Below the pieces are notes generated by a model. It had not been told where the DNA came from, searched no databases, and saw only the letters and a list, made by a program, of their open reading frames with translations. A DNA stretch of 28,144 nucleotides, taken from contig JBFWOZ010000037.1 of assembly GCA_050250255.1 (NCBI GenBank), positions 1 to 28,144 on the forward strand. The letters are read 5' to 3'. Position 1 is the stretch's first letter, and each line of letters begins with the position of its first letter. Of the stretch, positions 1-9,750 are shown piece by piece. A program made the position numbers and the translations under genes. The stretch is from Bdellovibrionales bacterium. Its GTDB lineage: Bacteria > Bdellovibrionota > Bdellovibrionia > Bdellovibrionales > DASUEL01.

Positions 1-401
1 CTCTCTATTTTAAATTTTTTAACTCAATCAACCGTTCCTCTAAATCCGACTGTCATTCTCTATGATATTCGAACCTAAAAAAACAATCGATTACGCACTT
101 CAAATACATACCCGTAACATGGGTTTTAAAATTGCGACTTTATCAAAAGTGAAAACCACAACTCTGCCATTGAAAAATGGTCTTTTAACAGATGTAAACT
201 GCCTACAACGAACACACTTTGAAGTTTCCTGAAAACAAAAGAAATTTAAAAAACGATCAAGCGAATCGAGTTTTAAGGCCCCCAAAATACGTCAAATTAA
301 TTTTTAGCTTTGCTCGGCATGTCGGTGCATTTTATGACAAACAATGGTCATTAACCATTTGGATTGTAGACAAAGTCTAGCTCCCAAAGTAAGTAGTTTT
401 T

Positions 402-779
402 ATGAAAATATACCTAGGCGTAAAGTATTACCCCGATAACAGTAATAAGAATCTTATCGATACTCTTTCTAGTCATTTGGAAAAACAGGGTCATCAGGTT
501 AGCTGTGTTGTAAGAGACATCGAACATTGGGGTGATAAAGTATTTGCTGTAGATGAATTAATGAGGAAAACTTTCGAAATGATCGATAATTCCGATGCTG
601 TATTAATTGAATTAACTGAAAAAGGCGTTGGGCTAGGAATTGAAGCGGGATACGCATTCTCAAAAGGTATTCCAATTACCGTAGTTGCTAAGCTGGGATC
701 GGATATCTCCAGTACCATCAAAGGTATTTCTAAATCCGTAATAAGTTATAGTGATATAAAAGAAATCGCGGTCGTTTAA
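402..779 (+). CDS. Nucleoside 2-deoxyribosyltransferase-like protein (NDT/Rcl family)
   Basis: N-terminal MKIYLG and the D..SDAVLIE...GVGLGIEAGYAFSKGIP motif with the catalytic Glu typical of the family; 125 aa. Confidence 0.85.
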   Translation: MKIYLGVKYYPDNSNKNLIDTLSSHLEKQGHQVSCVVRDIEHWGDKVFAVDELMRKTFEMIDNSDAVLIELTEKGVGLGIEAGYAFSKGIPITVVAKLGSDISSTIKGISKSVISYSDIKEIAVV

Positions 780-990
780 CTCTTCTTTCCCGACCTCCCC
801 TAGCCTTTTATTATAGATAAAAGCCTATATCTGAGCGAAACGAAGGATTTCTTCTGAAAAGATTGAAAAAAGTTCCCTAAATACATCGGTTTACTTTCAC
901 TTCATTTTCAACTCCGCTTTTTCACAGACGCGCCTCACTTCCTTCGTTACATTGCCGCCTCTTAACTCGTTCATTTTCGTGAGGAACCCT

Positions 991-2121
991 ATGGCTCAGT
1001 TATTTGGCGCGCTTCTCATCATTCTTACTTCCATCACACCCCTTTTCGCTCATACCGAACCGTCTTCCATCGAAGTTTCGGTAAAGGAACTGACAGCTCC
1101 CACTGCTGAAGAAGTGAATATCAAGGCCGGCGAATATGCTCGCGAAAGTCTCGAGGCTGATGAAAATCGTCTTCCCGGTCTTCGAGGTAAGGTGGATGCC
1201 CTGATCAGCAAACTCAATTTTAAAAAGCAGTTTTTGAATCGCTACCGTTTAGCAAAACAAGTCGGCGGCGATCCCAGTGCTATGAATGGAATTAAAGATC
1301 TTATCTTTTTAAGCTCATTTTCTCACGGAAGCGAAGTCCTTGGGGGCTTTTATACGATTGGAAAAGCCCTTCTGATGGACGGCGCATGGGAAACACGTTT
1401 AGCCATGATTACCGGTGGTCTTGCCATCATGGTTCCCGGCGGAGTGGACGTTGTTTGCTATATCGTAATCGTTCCTTACATCAGCCCTAATAAAATTTTT
1501 GGTGTTAATACCTTTTTGCCAGAATATTACCGCAAAGCCACTCATGTCGCTCGAGTCATTACCGTGAAAGGCCTCATTAGTTTTGCCGAATACACAAAAC
1601 TGAAAAGCTATTTTAGCCAAACTTACGAAGAACGTAACCCCATAGATATCGTCGAGACGCGGGCTCAAAAGTACAATGCCCAAAACCGCTCTTACGTGAT
1701 TGAAAACGCTCCCAACTCTACACGCTATTTTGTCCGTCCTGCCGCTCGCGGAGTCATCCTTCGCTATAGCTCTAACGAAGCACCCCTCTTCGAATTACAG
1801 TTTAGGAAAAATGAACGTGATCATCTTAATTTAACAGAACTTGTGATTCATAACGGTGCACTTTCTCAAGTGAGTGGGCAGGACGTGCGTTCTTTTCTGA
1901 AGCCCTTCGGCTTGAACGTCAGAGATGCGGTTCTGGAAATCACCAAAAGCCTTCAAGACAACACTCTCGAATGGCAGAAAGAAAGATTCTTCGTTGAAAA
2001 TCTTCAGAGAGATGAAACTTCTTTGCGTGTGAAATTTAAAGAAGGTGGTCTTGAAACCTGGACACGCTACCAACGCCGCTCAATGAGTCAACCACAAGCT
2101 TGCGGTACCACGCTTAACTAA
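991..2121 (+). CDS. Secreted hypothetical protein
   Basis: Long ORF. ATG 991 follows GAGG. Signal-like N-terminus MAQLFGALLIILTSITPLFA and an internal hydrophobic stretch; no recognised family. Confidence 0.75.
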   Translation: MAQLFGALLIILTSITPLFAHTEPSSIEVSVKELTAPTAEEVNIKAGEYARESLEADENRLPGLRGKVDALISKLNFKKQFLNRYRLAKQVGGDPSAMNGIKDLIFLSSFSHGSEVLGGFYTIGKALLMDGAWETRLAMITGGLAIMVPGGVDVVCYIVIVPYISPNKIFGVNTFLPEYYRKATHVARVITVKGLISFAEYTKLKSYFSQTYEERNPIDIVETRAQKYNAQNRSYVIENAPNSTRYFVRPAARGVILRYSSNEAPLFELQFRKNERDHLNLTELVIHNGALSQVSGQDVRSFLKPFGLNVRDAVLEITKSLQDNTLEWQKERFFVENLQRDETSLRVKFKEGGLETWTRYQRRSMSQPQACGTTLN

Positions 2122-2146
2122 AAAAACTAAACTGAATTTGATGATT

Positions 2147-2163
2147 TTGGCACATGACTTGCT
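2147..2163 (+). promoter_or_regulatory. Sigma-54 (RpoN) -24/-12 promoter
   Basis: TTGGCACATGACTTGCT matches TGGCAC-N5-TTGCW with correct spacing, about 45 nt upstream of ATG 2209. Confidence 0.75.
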
Positions 2164-2208
2164 CTAGAGAGCTCTCAACAACTCTAAGAGAAGAGAAAGA
2201 GATCTCCT

Positions 2209-2976
2209 ATGCTAAAATATTTATTTTTCACAGCCCTGATCACTTGTTTTACACTTCAAGTGCAAGCCGCGCCTTTCACAAAAAACGTCGCCGATATTAC
2301 AAACGACGAACTCTTAGCACTTTACTTACTTCGTGGCACAACTCTCTCTGGTATCTTTGAGTCCGAAAAAGTAAGTCAAATTGTTCAAGAAATTGCAGCC
2401 ATTCGCGCGTCTTATCCCGAAGCAAAAAATATGGGAGACATGAATGCGATTAAAAATCGCTTCTCGCAATTCCATCTCTATTTGGATGGTACTCAATCAA
2501 AAAATCTCGTTACTGATTTAAAAAAGATGACAGGACTTGACGACAATTCAAAAGGCTTCACTCAAGATATCCCTATTCAAGGTGATCTCACAAAATATGA
2601 TATCCCCGAACTTCTTTCTTTTATCGCAGGATCAAAAGCCTCCGTCTTTTTTAGCGGCGGTGTCGCAGAAAAGGCGTACCCAACCGAAAAGCCCACTGTT
2701 CTTGCTATTGAAGCCAATCACATCACTTATAAATTTTCTTACATGGTAGATACCGACACTCTTGTTAAAAGTCTTGATCAGTATCCAGGCCTTGAACGCG
2801 CCAGCAACGGCCTGCTACCTGGCAACGGTGATACGGTATCGCGCATAGAAAAAAGCCCAGAAGAAGTCGCGTATACCTACGTCAACCGCGTAGGCGATTG
2901 CCCTGCGGGTTGCGGCGTCGCAGGCGTCTATTCGTTTCTGGTAAATCCAAAAACCGGTGCGGTCGTAAAGCGCTAA
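2209..2976 (+). CDS. Secreted hypothetical protein with C-terminal GDCPAGC motif
   Basis: Signal peptide ending ...LQVQA-AP; CxxxC motif near the C-terminus. Confidence 0.8.
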   Translation: MLKYLFFTALITCFTLQVQAAPFTKNVADITNDELLALYLLRGTTLSGIFESEKVSQIVQEIAAIRASYPEAKNMGDMNAIKNRFSQFHLYLDGTQSKNLVTDLKKMTGLDDNSKGFTQDIPIQGDLTKYDIPELLSFIAGSKASVFFSGGVAEKAYPTEKPTVLAIEANHITYKFSYMVDTDTLVKSLDQYPGLERASNGLLPGNGDTVSRIEKSPEEVAYTYVNRVGDCPAGCGVAGVYSFLVNPKTGAVVKR

Positions 2977-2998
2977 TCGGCTTTTCGTTGAGCCAATT

Positions 2999-3418
2999 CT
3001 AAAAAGAGCTGGGACCGAAAGAAACCGGTAAGAGATTCGAGAGAAAGTAAATATCGAGAATTTTTTTGGGGTTCGCAAGCCACACGCGAGTGTCAGGCGT
3101 GCAGAACTCCGAAAGCACTTGTAAACACATCCCGCATGGCGGCGTTGATTGTTTTGCATCGGTGACGATCATAATATCGGTAAAAGATTGATGCCCTTCA
3201 CTCACAGCTTTCATCACGGCAGAACGTTCGGCACAAATAGTTCCGCCGTAGCTCGCATTTTCAACATTGCAGCCTGAAAACACTTTGCCTTGAGTGGTAA
3301 TCACCGCTGCGCCCACTTTAAATTTTGAATATGGGGAGTAAGATTTTTTACGTGTCGCTGCGGCTTCACGATGGGCTTTTTTAATAGACGAAGGAATTTT
3401 CAACGGGCGCGCACTCAT
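2999..3418 (-). CDS. cdd: Cytidine deaminase (homotetrameric type)
   Basis: YSPYSKFKVGAA, GCNVENASYG, CAERSA and PCGMC zinc motifs. Confidence 0.96.
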   Translation of the reverse strand: MSARPLKIPSSIKKAHREAAATRKKSYSPYSKFKVGAAVITTQGKVFSGCNVENASYGGTICAERSAVMKAVSEGHQSFTDIMIVTDAKQSTPPCGMCLQVLSEFCTPDTRVWLANPKKILDIYFLSNLLPVSFGPSSF

Positions 3419-3924
3419 TTTTTCACCTGAATGGAATATTGAATGAGCTGCTTTAATGCTTGGAAAGGACCTTCTTCACGAAGATCTCCCGCTCCAAGTT
3501 CTAACAAACCTACTGAAGGAATAGAAACCCCATATTCAAGCAAGAGCCACGACACCGCTAAAACGGCCGTCCGTCGGTTCGCATCGTTAAAAAGATGACT
3601 GACCACAAGGTCTCGATAAAGTTTTGCGGCTGCGTTGGCTAAGTCCCCATCATGGGCTTGTTCGCGAGCCGAGGAAATAAAATCTCCTGCTCTCATCTGA
3701 GAATTAGAAATCACGGCAATACGATCTTGTTTTCCGGAAGGTAAAGAAAGAGTCACGGGTTCCATACGCCAAGGCTCGGTCGTTTCTGCCGTAAGCATTT
3801 GGTTTAAATGTGCCAGTTCGCCGGAGTTCAAACGTTTTGCTCCACCAGCGCTATTTCTGACATAGTCCATGGTTTTTTCAAACCGAACCATTTCTAATTG
3901 TTTTTTCAACGGATTAGAGGTCAT
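3415..3924 (-). CDS. Fic/Doc family protein
   Basis: HLFNDANRRTA, a Doc-like variant of the Fic motif. Alternative GTG start at 3927. Stop overlaps the cdd start (ATGA). Confidence 0.85.
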   Translation of the reverse strand: MTSNPLKKQLEMVRFEKTMDYVRNSAGGAKRLNSGELAHLNQMLTAETTEPWRMEPVTLSLPSGKQDRIAVISNSQMRAGDFISSAREQAHDGDLANAAAKLYRDLVVSHLFNDANRRTAVLAVSWLLLEYGVSIPSVGLLELGAGDLREEGPFQALKQLIQYSIQVKK

Positions 3925-3935
3925 CACATCACCCT

Positions 3936-5114
3936 TTAAAATACATCAAAGCCAGAAAACTCACACTCAATGGGACCGTTCCAAACCTTGTACCGCTTAA
4001 ATGGCTTCATGGCCATCAAATCTGTGAGATCTCGCCGCGGCGAAAGGACCCACACTCGCCAACCCTTATAACGGGTCTTTAACGCAAACCCTAAATCTTT
4101 GTATACGTCTTGCAGAAGCGGCTCGTCTTTCTCCAAACGCTCTCCGTACGGCGGGTTCACAATGATGGTGCCTTTTATCCCCGCCATTTCCTCAGGAAGT
4201 TCGGAGATATCAACACTCGAGCGATGAATCTGAATATTTTTAGCAAAGCCTGCGGCTTTTGCATTCGCCCTTGCTGCTTGCATGGCCTCACGGTCAGCAT
4301 CAAAACCAAAAAGTGGGACTGTTAATTCCTCGAGTTCCTGCTCTTGTGCTGCTTGCACAATTTCATCCCAAGCGGCTTCGTCATAGTTTTTATATTTTTG
4401 AAAAGCAAAATCTGTTTTTAAAATTCCGGGCGCCATTCGTGAAGCGAGCATCGCCGCTTCCACTAAAAATGTTCCCGATCCACACATAGGATCTAAAAGC
4501 GGTGTTTGCTGATCCCACCCTGTCAGCTGCAAAAGTCCCGCAGCGACGTGTTCCTTTACGGGAGCTGGTACGCTTTCAACTCGGTAGTGACGTTTAAAAA
4601 GTGGTTCACCTGTCGTATCGATTCCCATCATCACCTTGTTGCTTTGGATACGGATCCATATACGAAGACCTGCGGTATCCCGATCAACAGAAGGACGTTC
4701 GCCAAACTTATCGCGAAATTGATCGACAATAGCATCTTTGGTTTTCATCGCTACAAAACGCTGATCTGTGAGCCCCGGAGTGTTCGCCACCGATGCTTCG
4801 ACAAAAAGCGTTTGGGTCACATCAATGTACTGAGTGAAATCGTGTTTTCGAACCTGCTCGTAAAGGTCTTCACCGTCGGTGACATCAAATTCTGCAATAG
4901 GCTTTACGATACGACTCGCGGTTCGAAGCCAAAGGTTGGCGTAGTAACAGCCCTTCCAGTCGCTCTTAAATAAAACCCCACCTTGATAAACACCGGCCGT
5001 TTTAAAACCATGGCTAATCAGCTCTTTTTGGAGGGTCTCAGACAGCCCGCGGGCCGTGAGCGCGTAAAAGGATAATTGTTCTGCTTGTGGGACTTGATCC
5101 GCTGGGTATGACAC
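3936..5114 (-). CDS. rlmL: THUMP-domain rRNA (guanine-N2) methyltransferase, RlmL/YpsC-like
   Basis: ANLWLRTASRI, THUMP region, LLDPMCGSGTFLVEAA SAM motif, NPPYGER; GTG start. Confidence 0.88.
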   Translation of the reverse strand: MSYPADQVPQAEQLSFYALTARGLSETLQKELISHGFKTAGVYQGGVLFKSDWKGCYYANLWLRTASRIVKPIAEFDVTDGEDLYEQVRKHDFTQYIDVTQTLFVEASVANTPGLTDQRFVAMKTKDAIVDQFRDKFGERPSVDRDTAGLRIWIRIQSNKVMMGIDTTGEPLFKRHYRVESVPAPVKEHVAAGLLQLTGWDQQTPLLDPMCGSGTFLVEAAMLASRMAPGILKTDFAFQKYKNYDEAAWDEIVQAAQEQELEELTVPLFGFDADREAMQAARANAKAAGFAKNIQIHRSSVDISELPEEMAGIKGTIIVNPPYGERLEKDEPLLQDVYKDLGFALKTRYKGWRVWVLSPRRDLTDLMAMKPFKRYKVWNGPIECEFSGFDVF

Positions 5115-5285
5115 AATCTACCAATCCGTAAAATTGAATCATCCTAAATAGAGCTAAACGCTTGACCTTGCAATCAAAAATCAAGTTAATGGCCCTATTG
5201 TAAATAGCCTGTAACAAATGGATGAAAGGACTATAAAGTCGTGCTTTATTCGTCTGAAAATCACTCTGATGTAGCAAGAAGACTT

Positions 5286-8200
5286 ATGAACGGCCGCCAA
5301 CAAAGAATTGCCCAATTAAAAGCCTCCCTCAAAGACCGCATTTTGGTTTTAGACGGAGCTATGGGCACAGCCATCCAAAATCGCGATCTTACCGCTTCCG
5401 ATTTTGGTGGACCTGACTACGAAGGCTGTAACGAAAACCTCATCCTTACTCGTCCCGATGTTATTTCCGACATCATGAAAATGTATCTTGAGGCCGGCGC
5501 CGATATCCTTGAAACCAATACATTTGGTGCGACTCCTTTAGTCCTTGCTGAATACAATTTGTCTGAAAAATCTTACGACATCAACTTTGAATGCGCGCGC
5601 ATCGCACGCGAATTAGCTGATCAATATTCCACAGCCAAAAAACCTCGTTTCGTTGCCGGAAGCATGGGCCCTACCACAAAAGCGATTTCGGTTACTGGCG
5701 GCGTGACCTTTGATGAACTCATTCAAAATTATTACGAGCAGGCGAAAGCGCTTTTTGAAGGAGGAGTTGATTACTTCTTGCTTGAAACTTGCCAAGACAC
5801 TCGCAACATCAAAGCGGGTCTTAACGGAATTCAAAAACTTTTTGATGAGAAGGGCCAAACCCTTCCCATCGCCGTGAGTGGAACTATCGAACCGATGGGC
5901 ACCATGCTCGCGGGCCAAAATGTGGAAGCACTTGCCACCTCACTTGAACATTTAGATCTTTTGTACATTGGATTGAATTGCGCCACCGGCCCTGAGTTTA
6001 TGACCGATCATATTCGCGTACTCGCTCAGGAAAGCGGATTTCGCGTCGCTTGTGTTCCCAATGCAGGATTACCTGACGAATTCGGAAAGTATCTTGAAAC
6101 CCCCGCTTCTCTTGCGAGCGTGATTAGAAATTTTGCGGCTCAAGGTTGGCTCAACATTGTTGGTGGATGCTGTGGCACGACTCCCGCTCACATCAAAGCA
6201 CTCGCCGACATGGTTCAAGATTTTCAACCGCATGAACCTATGAAGGTGGCGGGTTCTACCCTGTCGGGTCTTGAACGTCTCGACATCACCGACGATCGTA
6301 GACCTTACCTTGTAGGTGAAAGAACCAACTCGATTGGTAGCAAAAAATTTAAAGAGATGATCGCTGCCGAAAAATGGTCCGAAGCCGCAGAGATTGCTAA
6401 GCTTCAAGTGAAAAATGGAGCTCACGTCGTTGATTTATGTTTAGCCAATCCTGATCGCGACGAAAAAGCCGACATGAAGAACTTTTTGGAAGCCGTCGTG
6501 AAGCAGATCAAGGCGCCACTCATGATTGACTCGACAGATCCCGATGTTTTTGCTTTGGGCCTTACCTATTCTCAAGGAAAAGCCATTTTAAATTCCATCA
6601 ACCTCGAAGACGGCGAAGAACGTTTTGAACAAGTCCTCCCGATGGCCAAAAAATACGGAGCGGCAGTTGTCGTCGGCTGTATCGATGACGATCCGATTCA
6701 AGGTATGGCGATCACACGCCAGCGTAAGGTGGAAGTTGCAGAACGTAGCCATAAACTCCTGACGGAAAAATACAAAATCCCAGAGGAAGATATTTACTGG
6801 GATGCTCTCGTGTTTCCTTGTGGAACAGGCGATGCTCAGTATGTCGGTTCTGCGGCGGAGACCATTGAAGGCATTCGTTTATTAAAAGAACGTTTTCCAA
6901 AAACAAAATCGGTGCTTGGAATTTCTAACGTTTCCTTTGGCCTTCCAGGTCACGGGCGCGAAGTTCTCAATTCTGTGTTCCTCTATCACTGCACTCAAGC
7001 AGGTCTCGACATGGCCATCGTGAACACGGAAAAACTCGTTCGTTATCCACAAATTCCTGAAGAAGAAAAACGTCTGGCCGATGATTTGATCTTTAATCGG
7101 AATCCTGATGCCGTGGCCGCATTCATCGCGCATTTTCGTACAAAAAAAGCAGCGCCTAAAGTTCCAAAAGAAACAATTCCCCTCGAACAACGCCTTTCTA
7201 ATTACATCATTGAAGGCACCAAAGACGGCCTCACCGATGACCTTCAAGAGATCATGAAAAAGATGAAGCCTCTCGAGATCATTAACGGCCCTCTCATGAA
7301 GGGAATGGATGAAGTGGGTCGACTCTTCAATGCAAACCAACTCATCGTGGCAGAAGTTCTTCAAAGTGCGGAGAGCATGAAGGCCGCCGTTAACTTTCTC
7401 GAACCGCATATGGAAAAGAATGCCGACTCAGAACGCGGCAAACTCCTACTCGCGACCGTAAAGGGGGATGTGCACGATATCGGAAAAAATCTTGTCGACA
7501 TCATTCTTTCTAATAACGGATTTAAAGTGATCAACCTTGGTATTAAAGTGGGCCCTGAAGCTTTGGTACAAGCAGCACGTGAACATAATCCCGATTTCAT
7601 TGGCCTCTCAGGCTTACTCGTGAAGTCCGCATTACAAATGGTCACGACCGCAAAAGATCTTTCAAGCGCGAACATCAACGTACCGATTCTTGTAGGTGGC
7701 GCCGCCCTCTCCCGTAACTTCGTAGATCGCCAAATTGCACCTTCGTACTCGGGCTTCGTGGATTACGCCTCCGATGCCATGCATGGGCTTGAGCTCGCTA
7801 AAAAATTAGTCGATGAAGAGATTTTTGATATTCACCATAAATCTGTTCAAGAGCGCCGTGGCCTGCTGGCCGCGACGCAAGTTCAAAAAACAGAAGTGAC
7901 CGCGAGCTCCGAAGAGCGCAGTCCAGAGATCAAGCGTGTTGAGAAAATCCCAATACCACCTGATTTTCAAAAACATGTTGTAAAGAACATTCCTATCGAA
8001 GTGGTATGGAGATACATCAACCCTCTTATGCTCTACGTTCGCCATCTGGGGATTAAGCCAAAAGATCTTCGCACTTGGACCGATGAGGGTGAAGAAGGTT
8101 TAAGAAAAACGGAGCAAGGTCAAAAGGCGCTTAAAATTTTCCAAGCCGTAGATGATGTAAAACAAAAGTATAAAGATATTCTGGTTCCAAAAGCTGTTTA

Positions 8201-8813
8201 CCAATACGTCAGCGCAAAATCTGTGGGGAATAAAATTATTCTTCATGATGAAATTTCTCTGAAGCCTCGCTTGACACTGGAGTTCCCGCGACAAAAGCGA
8301 ATCGGTGGCTTGTGTTTGGCCGACCTCGTAGAACCGCAAGATAGTCCTCGCATGGATAACTTAGCGATGTTTGCGGTAACGGTTGGTGACAACATTCGTG
8401 GCGTAGCTGACAAATTAAAAAATAAAGGTGATTACCTTCACAGCATCATTCTTCAGGTACTCGCAATTGAAAGTGCTGAGGCCTTAGCCGAAATGTTACA
8501 CGAGCAAATTCGCAAACACTGGGGCTATCCAGATCCTGTGGATTTAACGATGATGGGTCGCTTTCAAGCAAAGTATCAAGGAAAGCGCTATTCTTTTGGT
8601 TACCCGGCGTGCCCGGATCTCTCTTCACAGAAAATGTTGTTTGATCTCTTAAAGCCTGAGGATATTGGTGTTGAACTCACCGACGGTTTTATGATGGACC
8701 CTGAGGCGAGCGTCAGTGCGATCGTCTTCCATCACCCGCAAGCGACTTACTTCTCAGTCGGTGAAATTGCAAACAACGCGAACGGCGCTTCAAACGATAA
8801 CGACGTAAAGTAA
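5286..8813 (+). CDS. metH: Cobalamin-dependent methionine synthase
   Basis: LDGAMGT, GLNCATG, GGCCGTT, GERTN, GDVHDIGKNLV (B12-binding) and RYSFGYPACPD activation domain. ATG 5286 preferred to GTG 5241. Confidence 0.97.
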   Translation: MNGRQQRIAQLKASLKDRILVLDGAMGTAIQNRDLTASDFGGPDYEGCNENLILTRPDVISDIMKMYLEAGADILETNTFGATPLVLAEYNLSEKSYDINFECARIARELADQYSTAKKPRFVAGSMGPTTKAISVTGGVTFDELIQNYYEQAKALFEGGVDYFLLETCQDTRNIKAGLNGIQKLFDEKGQTLPIAVSGTIEPMGTMLAGQNVEALATSLEHLDLLYIGLNCATGPEFMTDHIRVLAQESGFRVACVPNAGLPDEFGKYLETPASLASVIRNFAAQGWLNIVGGCCGTTPAHIKALADMVQDFQPHEPMKVAGSTLSGLERLDITDDRRPYLVGERTNSIGSKKFKEMIAAEKWSEAAEIAKLQVKNGAHVVDLCLANPDRDEKADMKNFLEAVVKQIKAPLMIDSTDPDVFALGLTYSQGKAILNSINLEDGEERFEQVLPMAKKYGAAVVVGCIDDDPIQGMAITRQRKVEVAERSHKLLTEKYKIPEEDIYWDALVFPCGTGDAQYVGSAAETIEGIRLLKERFPKTKSVLGISNVSFGLPGHGREVLNSVFLYHCTQAGLDMAIVNTEKLVRYPQIPEEEKRLADDLIFNRNPDAVAAFIAHFRTKKAAPKVPKETIPLEQRLSNYIIEGTKDGLTDDLQEIMKKMKPLEIINGPLMKGMDEVGRLFNANQLIVAEVLQSAESMKAAVNFLEPHMEKNADSERGKLLLATVKGDVHDIGKNLVDIILSNNGFKVINLGIKVGPEALVQAAREHNPDFIGLSGLLVKSALQMVTTAKDLSSANINVPILVGGAALSRNFVDRQIAPSYSGFVDYASDAMHGLELAKKLVDEEIFDIHHKSVQERRGLLAATQVQKTEVTASSEERSPEIKRVEKIPIPPDFQKHVVKNIPIEVVWRYINPLMLYVRHLGIKPKDLRTWTDEGEEGLRKTEQGQKALKIFQAVDDVKQKYKDILVPKAVYQYVSAKSVGNKIILHDEISLKPRLTLEFPRQKRIGGLCLADLVEPQDSPRMDNLAMFAVTVGDNIRGVADKLKNKGDYLHSIILQVLAIESAEALAEMLHEQIRKHWGYPDPVDLTMMGRFQAKYQGKRYSFGYPACPDLSSQKMLFDLLKPEDIGVELTDGFMMDPEASVSAIVFHHPQATYFSVGEIANNANGASNDNDVK

Positions 8814-8843
8814 AAGAACCGTTCCAATCAGCAGGAACGGCTC
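8812..8843 (-). terminator. Intrinsic terminator between converging metH and the secreted orphan
   Basis: Minus strand GAGCCGTTCC-tgctgatt-GGAACGGTTC-TTTT. Confidence 0.6.
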
Positions 8844-8859
8844 ATCTCTACAATGCATT

Positions 8860-9750
8860 TTATCTTGAACTAGGCTTGCCAGAAGAATGCGGCGTATGAG
8901 TCTTCATAGTTTGAGCAAATGCTTCTTTTACTTTTTCAATCTCACCAGAACCACTTTTACAAGCTGTCTCAACTGCTGGTAAATGTGGCTTTACCCTTTC
9001 AAGCAGCTCATTAGAGATTTGTGCCAATTTCCCATCAAAACTTGTCTTATGAACCTGAAATTCACTGCCAATTCTCTTTGTTCTAATCGTTGTTCCATCG
9101 TTCATAGCAATCACAAAACCATCGGCATTACATCGAATGTCCTTTACTCCACTTACATCCTCAGACGCTGTGGCTACTGATATGAGAGCAAATACGATGG
9201 CGGTCACTCCAGCTCCTGCGATAAACCATTTTGGAGCGTCGAAAATAAAACCCGCAACGGCAAGCACAACTGCCATTCCAGCAAGTTCATCAGCTCTTTC
9301 TGCCTTTGTTTTTTGTTGGGCGCTTGCTGTAGGAATAATGAAATCAAACAGTGATACTTGGCGACCCAACTGAGCTAAAAAAGCAATGTAATTCATTTCT
9401 AAACTTTTTTGTGAATTATACTTAAGAAGCTTTCCGTTATACATAAATCCTGCAGATGGATCTTTCCCTGCCAATTGAATAGTTTTACCATTCCAAACGA
9501 TATGATCTTTTTGAAATTTCATTGCTGGGGAAGACTTTAAATCTAAATTTAACGATTTTAATTTTCTTTTAAGAAATGCAACATCTTTGCCCGACATGTG
9601 TAAACGCATGGCTGCCACTAAAACGCCCCAGGTTGGCATACTGGTGATTGTAGTTGTCTGCTGATTCCAATCCTGTTTCGCATAAACGATAGGACTAAAA
9701 CTCAGAGATAAGCTAAGAACAATAGTTAAAAAATAATATAGAGATCGCAT
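8860..9750 (-). CDS. Secreted/membrane hypothetical protein
   Basis: ATG 9750 after GGAGGGG; signal peptide (...IVYA-K) and two central hydrophobic helices; AT-rich. Confidence 0.75.
   Translation of the reverse strand: MRSLYYFLTIVLSLSLSFSPIVYAKQDWNQQTTTITSMPTWGVLVAAMRLHMSGKDVAFLKRKLKSLNLDLKSSPAMKFQKDHIVWNGKTIQLAGKDPSAGFMYNGKLLKYNSQKSLEMNYIAFLAQLGRQVSLFDFIIPTASAQQKTKAERADELAGMAVVLAVAGFIFDAPKWFIAGAGVTAIVFALISVATASEDVSGVKDIRCNADGFVIAMNDGTTIRTKRIGSEFQVHKTSFDGKLAQISNELLERVKPHLPAVETACKSGSGEIEKVKEAFAQTMKTHTPHSSGKPSSR

Noticed and set aside
100..285. 61-aa minus-strand ORF with CxxC
   Set aside because: No clear SD or recognisable family; lies in AT-rich intergenic DNA, likely spurious
315..331. 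GGCATGTCGGTGCA as a sigma-54 site
   Set aside because: GG-to-GC spacing is 9 nt instead of the required 10
5115..5285. SAM or cobalamin riboswitch upstream of metH
   Set aside because: Only a weak hairpin near 5220-5252; none of the conserved riboswitch cores recognisable by eye. An Rfam scan would settle it
5613..8628. Numerous antisense ORFs inside metH (likewise inside rlmL, ETF:QO and tldD/pmbA)
   Set aside because: Shadow frames of well-supported genes with no motifs of their own
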